A stretch of 46,132 nt of DNA from positions 1-46,132 of the forward strand of contig CAZNBS010000005.1 of assembly GCA_964570955.1 (NCBI GenBank), given 5' to 3'. Of this stretch, positions 37,501-46,132 are shown in pieces (the first letter of the stretch is position 1; every line of letters starts with the position of its first letter). Position numbers and translations under genes: made by a program. The DNA is from an uncultured Burkholderiales bacterium (GTDB taxonomy: Bacteria > Pseudomonadota > Gammaproteobacteria > Burkholderiales > SHXO01). The notes beneath the pieces are model-generated. The model made no database searches. It was not told the DNA's origin and was given only the letters and a program-made list of their open reading frames with translations.

Positions 37501-38080
37501 CAGGCCTGCCTGCGACTGCGCGCGCACCCGGCACGGGTTCATCGGAGAGTGTCGCATTGAAGGCCTCTGCGTCGGCGGCCAGTGTCGCACGCACCTTGCG
37601 CAACAACAGCTTGAGCAGTGTTTCCTCGGCGGCACCGAGATCGCTGAGCATCAATGAATTGACGTCCCTGGCGATGCCCATCAATTCGTGCTCGAGCGTT
37701 CGCGCACGCTCGGTCAGCCGGATGCGCATCTTGCGACGGTCGTGCCTGTCACGCTGGCGTGTGACGAGACCGTCGCGTTCCATCGCACGCAGCATCTCCT
37801 GCACCGAAGGTTCCATCAAGCCCAGACGCTGTGCGAGTTCGCGCTGCGTGACGTCGTCGCGCTGCCACAAGACCCGCAGCATGAACCAGGCACCTCCACG
37901 GATGCCGTGCCGTGCGATGCGCGCGTAAAGAGATCGCTTGACGAAGCGACCGCTGTCGGCGATCAGGAATCCGAGACTGTCATCGAGGCTCTCCGGCAGA
38001 TGCCGTTCCTGGGTTTCGTCTACCCGTCTCGAGGCCAGGGCCTCGTCGGGCTCTCGCGAAGGCTGGCGACGATTTTTCAT
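37475..38080 (-). CDS. MarR family transcriptional regulator
   Basis: Core [58 protein letters not shown]. Divergent from the ABC transporter operon. The last ~10 codons overlap the IS21 remnant. Confidence 0.85.
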   Translation of the reverse strand: MKNRRQPSREPDEALASRRVDETQERHLPESLDDSLGFLIADSGRFVKRSLYARIARHGIRGGAWFMLRVLWQRDDVTQRELAQRLGLMEPSVQEMLRAMERDGLVTRQRDRHDRRKMRIRLTERARTLEHELMGIARDVNSLMLSDLGAAEETLLKLLLRKVRATLAADAEAFNATLSDEPVPGARAVAGRPAQKRSRGA

Positions 38081-38173
38081 ACAGAAAGGATGCTAAGCGT
38101 TTTTCTGTCCGCTGTAAGGCGGTGTTGGGCCCAAGGAATCGGGTTTTCCCTAACTACAAAAGGAGTAAACAAA

Positions 38174-38205
38174 TAGGAACCTTTGTATTATATTCATGGT
38201 TCCTA
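38174..38205. promoter_or_regulatory. candidate MarR operator / promoter region of the ABC operon
   Basis: TAGGAACC-N16-GGTTCCTA inverted repeat with an AT-rich spacer (tttgtattatattcat, -10-like), in the AT-rich divergent intergenic region. A second repeat, ACAGAAA-N14-TTTCTGT, lies at 38081-38108 next to the MarR ATG. Confidence 0.35.
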
Positions 38206-38253
38206 AGTATTTTGTTCGTTATCCCCACGATCTCCCAAATGAGAGGCGCCACC

Positions 38254-39438
38254 ATGATGCGTTTTCGATCCGTCTTTCTCCGGGCACTCCTGATCACCGT
38301 TGCGAGCGCCCTGATGGGTGCGCCGGCACTTGCGCAGTCGCCCCTGAAGATCGGCTTCGTGGCCGAACTGTCGGGTCCGCAGGCCGCGCTCGGACAGGAT
38401 CAGTACGACGGTTTCATGCTGTTCCTGGAGCAGCACGGCGGGCGCCTTGGGAACCTGCCGGTTCAGGTCCTTCGAGAAGACACGCAGCTTCGGCCGGAAG
38501 TCGCCGTCCAGATCGTTCAGAGACTGATCGAACGCGACAGGGTCCCGATCATCACGGGCGTGACTTTCTCCAACGTCATGATGGCGATTCACAAACCTGT
38601 CACAGAGCGCAAAGTATTCCTGATCAGTTCGCTGGCCGGTCCTTCGCCGATCGCGGGCGCGCAATGCTCGCCGTACCAGTTCATTACTTCGTTCCAGCTC
38701 GACGTCGCTGCCGAGGCGCACGCGCACTACGCCAACGAGAAGGGCTATAAGCGCATCTTCCTGTTGGCGCCCAACTACCAGGCCGGAAAGGATTTTCTGG
38801 CTGGCTTCAGAAGGGTGTTCAAGGGTGAGGTGGTCGATGAGGTCTACACGGCGATGAATGCACCCGATTTCTCCGCCGAACTGACGCAGGTTGCTGCGGC
38901 CCGCCCGGACGCCGTCTTCGCTTTCTATCCGGGCGCGCTGGGCATCAACTTCGTGCGTCAGTACAGCCAGATGGGTCTACTCAAGACCACGCCTCTCCTT
39001 TCCCAGGGCGCGGTCGACGGCTCCACGCTGCCGGCGCTTGGCGACGCTGCGCTGGGCGCTCTGAATGGCGCACCCTGGGGGCCGGATCTGGAGAACGTGG
39101 CCAATCGGAACTTCGTGCAGGCGTTCGAGGAGAAGTACAAGCGTATCCCGACTCTGTTCGCCGCCCAGAGCTATGACGCGGCACAGTTGCTGGACTCCGC
39201 GCTGCGTCGCGTCATGGGTAATGTGGAGGACAAGGAAGCGCTGCGCCTGGCGCTCAAGGCGGCGGAGTTCCCATCGGTGCGCGGCAATTTTCGCTTCGGC
39301 AACAATCAGTTTCCGATTCAGGATTACTTCATTCAGCAGGTGGTCAAGGATGCCAGAGGTCGCGTCACCCTCAGGACGGTGGCAACGCCGTTGAAGAATC
39401 ACGCGGATTCGTACGCGGTACGGTGCCCCATGAAGTGA
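38254..39438 (+). CDS. ABC transporter substrate-binding protein (LivJ/Peripla_BP_6 family)
   Basis: Signal peptide MMRFRSVFLRALLITVASALMGAPALA, then LKIGFVAELSGPQAALGQDQYDGF, typical of the branched-chain/aromatic-acid binding protein family. ATG 38254 follows GAGAGG. Confidence 0.85.
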   Translation: MMRFRSVFLRALLITVASALMGAPALAQSPLKIGFVAELSGPQAALGQDQYDGFMLFLEQHGGRLGNLPVQVLREDTQLRPEVAVQIVQRLIERDRVPIITGVTFSNVMMAIHKPVTERKVFLISSLAGPSPIAGAQCSPYQFITSFQLDVAAEAHAHYANEKGYKRIFLLAPNYQAGKDFLAGFRRVFKGEVVDEVYTAMNAPDFSAELTQVAAARPDAVFAFYPGALGINFVRQYSQMGLLKTTPLLSQGAVDGSTLPALGDAALGALNGAPWGPDLENVANRNFVQAFEEKYKRIPTLFAAQSYDAAQLLDSALRRVMGNVEDKEALRLALKAAEFPSVRGNFRFGNNQFPIQDYFIQQVVKDARGRVTLRTVATPLKNHADSYAVRCPMK

Positions 39439-39469
39439 ACGGCAACGCGACCACCAGGGACGCCGGACC

Positions 39470-40390
39470 ATGACCCTTTCGGTCTTCCTTGTCCAATTGC
39501 TCAACGGCGTGCAGTTCGGTGTCCTGTTGTTCCTGCTGTCGGCGGGCTTGACCCTTGTGCTCGGCATCATGGGATTCGTGAACCTGATGCATGGATCCCT
39601 GTTCATGCTGGGGGCGTACTTCTCGGTGACCCTGTACGGCTTGTCCGGTTCGTTCGTTCTGGCCGGTGCGGGTGCGGTCTTCGCGACGGCTTCGGCGGGA
39701 TTGCTGCTGGAACGTCTGGTATTGCGCAGGCTCTATGCGCGCAGTCACCTCGATCAGGTACTCGCGACTTTCGGCCTGATCCTGATATCCAACGAGGTGG
39801 TGCGTGCAGTCTGGGGGCCGGCAGCCCGGTCCATGGACGTGCCCGCAGTCCTGTCGCACACCGTGAGCCTGTTCGGCTTGCCTTACCCGACCTACCGCTT
39901 CGCCGTCATTGGCGTGGGGCTGGCTATCGCGATCGGCATGTACGTGCTGATTCACCGGACCCGGCTGGGCATCTGGATTCGCGCCGCAGCGTCGAATGCG
40001 CCGATGTCCGGAGCGATGGGCATCAACGTCCAGTTGCTCAACATGGCGATGATCGGCTTGGGCGCCGCACTGGCTGCACTGGCGGGTTTGATGGCCGCGC
40101 CACTGTCCTCGGTGCAGGCGGGAATGGGCGAACCCATCCTGATCATGACGCTGGTGGTCATCGTCACCGGCGGCATTGGCTCGGTCCGCGGCGCCTTTTA
40201 CGGTGCGTTGATCGTGGGTGTCATCGAAACGCTGGGCCGTACTCTGTTGCCGTTGCTGCTGCGCGAACTCGTGGAGCGCTCGACCGCCCAGGCCATCGGC
40301 CCGACCATCGCTTCGATGTTGATCTACCTCGTGATGGCCGCGGTGCTCGTCTACCGTCCGCAAGGCCTGTTCGCGGTGAAGCATGCCTGA
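39470..40390 (+). CDS. ABC transporter permease (LivH family)
   Basis: Opening LVQLLNGVQFGVLLFLLSAGLTLVLGIMGFVNLMHGSLFMLGAY, 8 hydrophobic segments. Confidence 0.9.
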   Translation: MTLSVFLVQLLNGVQFGVLLFLLSAGLTLVLGIMGFVNLMHGSLFMLGAYFSVTLYGLSGSFVLAGAGAVFATASAGLLLERLVLRRLYARSHLDQVLATFGLILISNEVVRAVWGPAARSMDVPAVLSHTVSLFGLPYPTYRFAVIGVGLAIAIGMYVLIHRTRLGIWIRAAASNAPMSGAMGINVQLLNMAMIGLGAALAALAGLMAAPLSSVQAGMGEPILIMTLVVIVTGGIGSVRGAFYGALIVGVIETLGRTLLPLLLRELVERSTAQAIGPTIASMLIYLVMAAVLVYRPQGLFAVKHA

Positions 40391-41375
40391 CTTCGGGAAA
40401 TACGGTCCTCGTGAATGGGTCGGTCTGCTGATGCTGGCGCTCCTGGCCATTCTGGTCCCGGCGGCATATGCCTGGTCGGGGCAGGCCTACTACCTGACCC
40501 TGGCGACTCGCATCGTCGTCTTCGCGCTGGCTGCCGTGGGCCTGAACCTCGCGCTGGGCCTTGGTGGCATGGTCAGCCTTGGGCACGCGATGTATCTGGG
40601 TATCGGTGCCTACACGGTGGGAATTCTGTCCGAGTTCGGAATTGCGCAGGGATACGTGCACCTGGCAGTCGCTGTCGGCGTGGGAGCGTTGGTGGCGTTT
40701 CCAGTGGGCATGGTCTGTCTGCGCACCAGCGGGATGGCATTCATCATGATCACGCTGGCGTTTGCGCAGATGGCCTATTTCGTCGCTGTCGGCCTCAAAC
40801 GCTTTGGAGGCGAAGACGGTCTGCCAGTGGCCGCGCGCAGTCAGGTAGCCGCTCTGGATCCGTCCGACGGCCTGGTGTTCTACCTGCTCGCCCTGGCAAT
40901 TCTCGGACTGGTGCTCCTGGGGCTGCAGCGTTTGATCCACTCGCGTTTCGGCATGGCGCTGCAGGGATCGCGGATCAACGAGCGGCGCATGTCTGCGATG
41001 GGCTTTCCGGTACTCCGCTGCCGGTTGCTGGCCTACGTCCTTTCCGCCGAGATCTGCGTGGTCGCGGGCATCCTGCTCGCCAACTTCACGCGATTCGTTT
41101 CGCCGTCCTACATGCAGTGGTCGATGTCCGGGGAGTTGATCGTCATGGTGGTGCTGGGGGGAATGGGTACTCTCCTTGGGCCTGTCATCGGGGCAGCGAG
41201 CCTGGTGTCGCTCGAAGAGCTTCTGACCGGCCTCCATCTGGAATCGCTGCCGACATTGAGCCGTCTTCTCGGGGATCACTCCCTCGCACTCGTCGGCCTG
41301 TTCGTGATCCTGGTTACGCTCAAGCTGCATCGGGGTTTACTGGGGTCGCTGCGCTCGTCCGGAGATCCGTCGTGA
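40383..41375 (+). CDS. ABC transporter permease (LivM family)
   Basis: Block NLALGLGGMVSLGHAMYLGIGAYT. Overlaps the previous gene by 8 nt. Confidence 0.9.
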   Translation: MPDFGKYGPREWVGLLMLALLAILVPAAYAWSGQAYYLTLATRIVVFALAAVGLNLALGLGGMVSLGHAMYLGIGAYTVGILSEFGIAQGYVHLAVAVGVGALVAFPVGMVCLRTSGMAFIMITLAFAQMAYFVAVGLKRFGGEDGLPVAARSQVAALDPSDGLVFYLLALAILGLVLLGLQRLIHSRFGMALQGSRINERRMSAMGFPVLRCRLLAYVLSAEICVVAGILLANFTRFVSPSYMQWSMSGELIVMVVLGGMGTLLGPVIGAASLVSLEELLTGLHLESLPTLSRLLGDHSLALVGLFVILVTLKLHRGLLGSLRSSGDPS

Positions 41376-42127
41376 GGGTTCTGCTGCGAGTCGAGCACCT
41401 GACCAGGCGTTTCCGCGGGCTGACTGCCACGGACGACGTCAGCATGGACGTGATCGAAGGCGAGTTGCACGCCCTGATCGGACCCAATGGCGCGGGCAAG
41501 ACCACACTGATCAATCTGTTGTCGGGCGAGCTTCGGCCCGATGCAGGAACCATCGTCTTCGACGGATGCGACGTGACGCGCACGTCGATCCAGGAGCGGG
41601 CGCTGAAGGGACTTGTGCGTTCATTCCAGATCACGTCGGTGTTTCCGGAACTGACCGTGCGACAGAACGTCATGTTGGCCGTTCAGGCTGTCTCGGGGCA
41701 TACCTTCCGGTTCATTCGGGACGTGCGCACGGATTCCCGGCTGATTGCTCCGGCGAGAGAGGCGCTGCGGGTGGTCGGGTTGGAGGAGAGTGCCGATCGT
41801 CCGGTCGCAGACCTCGCGCACGGTGCGAGACGCCAGCTGGACATGGCCATGGTGCTGGCGCTGACGCCGCGGCTGATGCTGCTCGACGAACCGCTGGCCG
41901 GCATGAGCGGGGCCGACGCCGAAAGTATGGTGGATCTGCTTGGTCGCCTCAAGTCCAGCTGTACGGTCGTGCTGGTCGAACACGACATGGATGCCGTGTT
42001 CTCGTTGGCGGACCGTCTGACGGTGCTGGCTGCAGGCCGCCCGGTCGCAACGGGCACGCCGGAGCAGATCCGCAACGACCCCATGGTGCGTGATGCGTAC
42101 CTTGGCGAGGAAGACATGTACGCATGA
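41372..42127 (+). CDS. ABC transporter ATP-binding protein (LivG family)
   Basis: Walker A GPNGAGKTT, Walker B LMLLDEPLAGM, H-loop VLVEHDM. The GTG start overlaps the LivM-like TGA (GTGA). It is the tail of track ORF 40415..42127. Confidence 0.9.
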   Translation: MRVLLRVEHLTRRFRGLTATDDVSMDVIEGELHALIGPNGAGKTTLINLLSGELRPDAGTIVFDGCDVTRTSIQERALKGLVRSFQITSVFPELTVRQNVMLAVQAVSGHTFRFIRDVRTDSRLIAPAREALRVVGLEESADRPVADLAHGARRQLDMAMVLALTPRLMLLDEPLAGMSGADAESMVDLLGRLKSSCTVVLVEHDMDAVFSLADRLTVLAAGRPVATGTPEQIRNDPMVRDAYLGEEDMYA

Positions 42128-42837
42128 CAGACGTCCTGTTACAGATCGACGGCCTGCATTCGGGCTATGGCCAGATACCCGTGCTGCACGATGTTTCGAT
42201 CCAGATTCCGCGCGGAACGGTCACGACGCTGATCGGTCGCAATGGCATGGGGAAGACGACGACCGTCAGGGCCATCATGGGACAGTTGCCTGCACATCGG
42301 GGGAGCCTGCGCTTTGTCGACAAGGACATCACCGGGATTCCAGACTGGCACGTTGCCCGTTGCGGCATCGGCCTGGTTCCGGAGGGGAGGGGCATTTTTC
42401 CGAACCTGAACGTGCGGGAGAACCTGGTTTGCGGCGCCGCCAATCGCCATCGGTCGTCCAGCCCATGGACTCTGGAACGCGTCTATGCGGTGTTTCCGCG
42501 CCTCAAGGAACGGGAGGCGAATCTCGGCACCAGGCTGTCGGGTGGCGAGCAGCAGATGCTGGCGATCGGACGAGCGCTGTTGACCAATCCGCTGTTGCTC
42601 ATCCTCGATGAGGCAACTGAGGGGCTGGCGCCCTTAATCCGCAGGGAAATCTGGAATTGCCTCGACGAACTCAAGCAGGCCGGGCAGTCGATGCTGGTCA
42701 TCGACAAGAACCTGAAGGCCCTCTGCCAGATCGCCGACTACCACTATGTGCTCGACAAGGGCCGCGTGGCCTGGCAAGGCAGTACCGATGCTTTGCGGAC
42801 TGATTGGGCGAGGGTGCAGGCCCGTTTGGCCATCTGA
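42124..42837 (+). CDS. ABC transporter ATP-binding protein (LivF family)
   Basis: Walker A GRNGMGKTT, signature LSGGEQQML, Walker B LILDEATEGLAP. ATGA overlap with the previous gene. Confidence 0.9.
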   Translation: MTDVLLQIDGLHSGYGQIPVLHDVSIQIPRGTVTTLIGRNGMGKTTTVRAIMGQLPAHRGSLRFVDKDITGIPDWHVARCGIGLVPEGRGIFPNLNVRENLVCGAANRHRSSSPWTLERVYAVFPRLKEREANLGTRLSGGEQQMLAIGRALLTNPLLLILDEATEGLAPLIRREIWNCLDELKQAGQSMLVIDKNLKALCQIADYHYVLDKGRVAWQGSTDALRTDWARVQARLAI

Positions 42838-42889
42838 ACCCATTCAGGAATTATTTTCGAGCCTATACATAGGACCCTAAGGACTCTGC

Positions 42890-43852
42890 ATGAAAATTAC
42901 TCGCGATGACTTTGTCGGTGTGGCCGGCATAGTCCCAACCCCCGCAACACCGGACGCCGGTCAATGGCATGCCACGCAGACCATTGCCTACGACGAGGCC
43001 GCAAGGATGATCGACCTCGTTATCGGAGCGGGCGTGGACATCGTGATGACGACGGGCACGTTCGGGGAGTGTGCGACGTTGACCTGGCCGGAGTTGCAGG
43101 GTTTCGTGGAACGCGTGGTCCAGGCCACGGCCCGTCGCGCTCCGGTGTTCGCGGGTGTCACGACGCTCAACACACGCGACACCATCGAGCGTGCCCGCGT
43201 ACTGCTGAAGTTGGGAGCCGATGGCGTCTTTGTTGGTCGTCCGATGTGGCTGGCGATGGATGACGCGGGCATCGTGCGCTACTACAGAGACCTTGCACAG
43301 GCACTACCGCGCGTGCCTCTGGTGATCTACGACAACCACATCGCGTTCAAGGGCAAGATCTCGACGGCGGTGTATCGCGAATTGGCAAGGATTCCCGAGA
43401 TCATCGCCACCAAACACATGGGTGGCCCCGCTCTGGAAGGCGACATGCTTGCAGTCGGGAACGCCATGCGCGTGCTTCCGCTGGCGCCCGAGTGGGGACC
43501 CGTTGCCGAGCGCCATCCGGAACTGGCCCGTGCGTGCTGGTCTGGCGGAGTGGCTTGCGCCCCGACGCCCATTGTCGCGGTCGCGCGGGCCATTGCTGCG
43601 CGCGACTGGTTGCGGGTACGGGAGATTACGGAAAGACTGAAATGGGCCGAGGCCCCCATGTTTCCCAGCGGTGAACTGGGGCGCTTCATGGACTACAGCA
43701 TCCAGATCGCACACATTCGTTTCAAGGCAGCGGGACTGATTGACCCTGGGCCGCCGCGACCGCCGTATCTGGACCTGCCTGCTGAGTATGCGCTCGGCGC
43801 AGAAGAGTGCGGGCGGCGATGGGCGCAATTGCAACGGGAGTTCGCTGCCTGA
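42890..43852 (+). CDS. DHDPS-fold hydratase-aldolase, NahE/PhdJ-like (trans-o-hydroxybenzylidenepyruvate-type)
   Basis: VPTPATPDAGQWHATQTIAYDEAARMIDLVIGAGVDIVMTTGTFGECATLTWPE...TTLNTRDTIERAR...GRPMW parallels NahE as I recall it (MPTPSTPDASDW...GTFGECATLTW...TALNTRE...VPMW). Catalytic Lys region IIATKHMGG. Confidence 0.7.
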   Translation: MKITRDDFVGVAGIVPTPATPDAGQWHATQTIAYDEAARMIDLVIGAGVDIVMTTGTFGECATLTWPELQGFVERVVQATARRAPVFAGVTTLNTRDTIERARVLLKLGADGVFVGRPMWLAMDDAGIVRYYRDLAQALPRVPLVIYDNHIAFKGKISTAVYRELARIPEIIATKHMGGPALEGDMLAVGNAMRVLPLAPEWGPVAERHPELARACWSGGVACAPTPIVAVARAIAARDWLRVREITERLKWAEAPMFPSGELGRFMDYSIQIAHIRFKAAGLIDPGPPRPPYLDLPAEYALGAEECGRRWAQLQREFAA

Positions 43853-43918
43853 CCGGATCGGGCGACGATGCAGAGCGGACAGCAGGCGGCGACGACGACG
43901 AGGAGGAGGAGAAGATTC

Positions 43919-45841
43919 ATGCAGTTCTATCTGGACGGCGTGCGGGGGCGCGACCCGTACTTTGCCGAGGCGTCCGACTACGCCAGGGCGCACCCGCACG
44001 GGGACGCCGTGCCCGCGCAGCTCGACGTGCTGATCGTCGGCTGTGGCCCGGCGGGTCTGACGCTGGCGGCGCAACTGGCGGTGTTTCCTGAGATTCGCAC
44101 GGCGATCGTCGAGCAGAAGGACGCGCCGCTGCACCTGGGCCAGGCCGACGGCATTGCCTGCCGCACGATGGAGATGTTCCAGGCGTTCGGTTTCGCCGAC
44201 AGGGTCGAGAAGGAGGCCTGCTGGATCAACGAGGTGACGTTCTGGAAGCCCGACGAACGGCGACCCACCGAGATCGTGCGCCACGGCCGCGTGCAGGACA
44301 CCGAAGACGGCCTGTCGGAGTTCCCGCACGTGGTGCTGAACCAGGCACGGGTGCACGACTTCTATCTGGAGCGGATGCGCGATTCGCCCAGCCGGCTCGA
44401 GCCGCACTATTCGCGCCGGCTGCTCGACGTCGCGATCGAGCCTTCGGCGAGCGACTATCCGGTGACGGCACGCATCGAGCGCATCGACGCGGCGCACGCC
44501 GGGCAGGTGGAGACGGTGCGCGCGCGCTACGTGGTGGGCTGCGACGGCGCGCGTAGCACGGTGCGCAAGTCGATCGGGCGCGAACTGGTGGGCGACGTGG
44601 CCAACCAGGCCTGGGGCGTGATGGACGTGCTGGCGGTGACGGACTTTCCGGACATCCGCCACAAGGCGGCGATCCAGTCGGCCAACGGCGGCAACCTGCT
44701 GCTGATTCCGCGCGAAGGTGGCTACCTGGTGCGCCTGTACGTGGAGATGGACAAGCTGGGCGCCGACGAACGCGTGGCCCAGCGCCACATCACGCAGCAG
44801 CAGATCGTCGAAGCGGCGCGGCGCATCCTGCATCCGTACACGCTCGACGTGAAGGAGGTCGCCTGGTGGTCGGTCTACGAGATCGGCCACCGCATCTGCG
44901 ACCGGTACGACGACGTGCCCGACGGCGCGGCGCCCGGGCGCCTGCCGCGCGTCTTCATCGCGGGCGACGCCTGCCACACGCACAGCCCCAAGGCGGGGCA
45001 GGGCATGAACTTCTCGATGCAGGACACCTTCAACCTGGGCTGGAAGCTCGCGGCGGTGCTGCGCGGGCAGTGCGCGCCCCCCCTGCTGGACAGCTATTCG
45101 GCCGAGCGCCAGTCGGTGGGGCACGCGCTGATCGCCTTCGATCGCGAGTGGGCGAAGATGATCAGCGACAAGCCGGCCGATGGACGCGCGGGCGGCGTGG
45201 ACCCGAAGGAGTTCCAGAAGTACTTCGAGCAGCACCTGCGCTTCACCGCGGGGATGGGCACGCGGTACCGGCCCTCGGTCATTCGTGGCGAAGCCACGCA
45301 CCAGGGGCTGGCCACGGGGTTCGAACTGGGCACGCGCTTTCACTCCGCGCCCGTGGTGCGGCTCGCCGACGCGAAGCCGATGCAGCTGGGCCACGTGCAC
45401 CAGGCCGACGGCCGCTGGCGCCTGTACGCCTTTGCCGGTGCCGACGATCTCGCGCACCCGGAGGCGGGCCTGCTCGCGCTTTGCCGCTTCCTGCAGGACT
45501 CGCCCGATTCGCCGGTGCGCCGGTTCACGCGCTCCGGCCAGGACGTGGATGCGGTGTTCGACCTGCGCGCCGTCTTCCAGCAGCGCCACAGCGGGATCGC
45601 CATCGAGACGCTGCCCGCGATCCTGCTACCGCACAAGGGCCGCTACGGTCTGTGCGACTACGAGAAGCTCTACACCGCCGACCTCGGGCGCGGTCCGGAC
45701 ATCTTCGCGCTGCGCGGCGTGAATCGCGAGCAGGGCGCGCTGGTGGTCGTGCGGCCCGACCAGTACATCGGCCACGTGCTGCCGCTGAACGCGCACGGGG
45801 AACTGGCGACCTTCTTCGCGGGTTTCATGCTGCCGAACTGA
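43919..45841 (+). CDS. mobA: 3-hydroxybenzoate 4-monooxygenase-like FAD monooxygenase (phenol 2-monooxygenase/PHOX family with thioredoxin-like C-domain)
   Basis: 640 aa. Long stretches match Comamonas testosteroni MobA as recalled: DVLIVGCGPAGLTLAAQLAVFPEIRT, LGQADGIACRTMEMFQAFGFA, RHGRVQDTEDGLSEFPHVVLNQARVHDFYLERMR, GDACHTHSPKAGQGMNFSMQD, ALVVVRPDQY. ATG 43919 follows AGGAGGAGGAG. Confidence 0.8.
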   Translation: MQFYLDGVRGRDPYFAEASDYARAHPHGDAVPAQLDVLIVGCGPAGLTLAAQLAVFPEIRTAIVEQKDAPLHLGQADGIACRTMEMFQAFGFADRVEKEACWINEVTFWKPDERRPTEIVRHGRVQDTEDGLSEFPHVVLNQARVHDFYLERMRDSPSRLEPHYSRRLLDVAIEPSASDYPVTARIERIDAAHAGQVETVRARYVVGCDGARSTVRKSIGRELVGDVANQAWGVMDVLAVTDFPDIRHKAAIQSANGGNLLLIPREGGYLVRLYVEMDKLGADERVAQRHITQQQIVEAARRILHPYTLDVKEVAWWSVYEIGHRICDRYDDVPDGAAPGRLPRVFIAGDACHTHSPKAGQGMNFSMQDTFNLGWKLAAVLRGQCAPPLLDSYSAERQSVGHALIAFDREWAKMISDKPADGRAGGVDPKEFQKYFEQHLRFTAGMGTRYRPSVIRGEATHQGLATGFELGTRFHSAPVVRLADAKPMQLGHVHQADGRWRLYAFAGADDLAHPEAGLLALCRFLQDSPDSPVRRFTRSGQDVDAVFDLRAVFQQRHSGIAIETLPAILLPHKGRYGLCDYEKLYTADLGRGPDIFALRGVNREQGALVVVRPDQYIGHVLPLNAHGELATFFAGFMLPN

Positions 45842-45905
45842 CGCGCGGGTCGATCAGGCGTCCTGGGCAAGCGTGCCACGGCGTCGACCCCGGGGCAGAT
45901 CCCAT

Positions 45906-46132
45906 CTACCGATAGATCAGCGAGGGCAGCCAAGTGGTGAGCGGCGGCCAGTAGCTCGCCACCATCAGCGCCGCTACCGCCGCTGCCACGAAAGGCATGA
46001 TCGCACGGCCCACCTGGCCGAGCGACAGCCCGGCGATGCCACAGCTCACGAACAGGCAGATGCCCACCGGCGGGGTCAGCATGCCGATGGCGAGGTTCAC
46101 CACCATCAGCACGCCGAAGTGCATCGGGTCGA
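45906..46132 (-). CDS. TRAP transporter large permease (DctM family), C-terminal part; gene continues beyond the window
   Basis: DPMHFGVLMVVNLAIGMLTPPVGICLFV is the conserved DctM C-terminal block. The frame stays open upstream of the first ATG to the window edge. Confidence 0.75.
   Translation of the reverse strand, partial: DPMHFGVLMVVNLAIGMLTPPVGICLFVSCGIAGLSLGQVGRAIMPFVAAAVAALMVASYWPPLTTWLPSLIYR

Noticed and set aside
43304-45589. 761-aa minus-strand ORF
   Set aside because: It is antisense to the NahE-like and MobA-like genes, whose products carry long family-specific motifs. It is a high-GC shadow ORF.

Overview
GC-rich bacterial chromosomal segment; third codon positions are almost all G/C. 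It looks like a Burkholderiales/Comamonadaceae-type betaproteobacterium. That placement is an inference from two Bug/TctC binding proteins, a CydP-type cyd operon and a MobA-like hydroxylase. No rRNA, tRNA or CRISPR array was seen.

Left ~8 kb (respiration and oxidative stress):
- A nucleotidyltransferase/2H-phosphoesterase pair and a membrane-anchored serine hydrolase.
- A five-gene cytochrome bd operon, cydP-cydA-cydB-cydX-ybgE. Three of these are missing or buried in the ORF track.
- A DUF2202 ferritin-like gene.
- A peroxiredoxin whose peroxidatic Cys codon is an in-frame TGA followed by an fdhF-type SECIS minihelix, i.e. a selenoprotein that the track splits in two.
- A decayed CoxS/CoxL-type molybdoenzyme remnant.

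The remaining ~38 kb is a mosaic of catabolic modules:
1. IclR-SCP2-MmgE/PrpD-FeADH-ALDH-Bug-FAD oxidoreductase, substrate unknown.
2. An orphan DsrC/TusE-like gene with Ser at the functional Cys position, preceded by 543 bp of unassigned DNA.
3. A sigma54/XylR-DmpR-controlled operon on the minus strand. It encodes a two-component HsaAB-like flavin monooxygenase, hydratase, acetaldehyde dehydrogenase, aldolase, meta-cleavage-product (MCP) hydrolase and extradiol dioxygenase.
4. A MarR-led operon encoding a 4,5-dihydroxyphthalate-decarboxylase-like protein, ferredoxin reductase, ALDH, gentisate-dioxygenase-like bicupin, Rieske beta then alpha subunits, Rieske ferredoxin and a hemerythrin-domain protein.
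5. An IS1634-family element, a Bug gene and an IS21 IstA remnant.
6. A second MarR with a Liv-type ABC importer, a NahE-like hydratase-aldolase and a MobA-like 3-hydroxybenzoate 4-hydroxylase.
7. The 3' end of a TRAP DctM permease.

All functional calls come from motif and family recognition by eye. None has been checked by a search.
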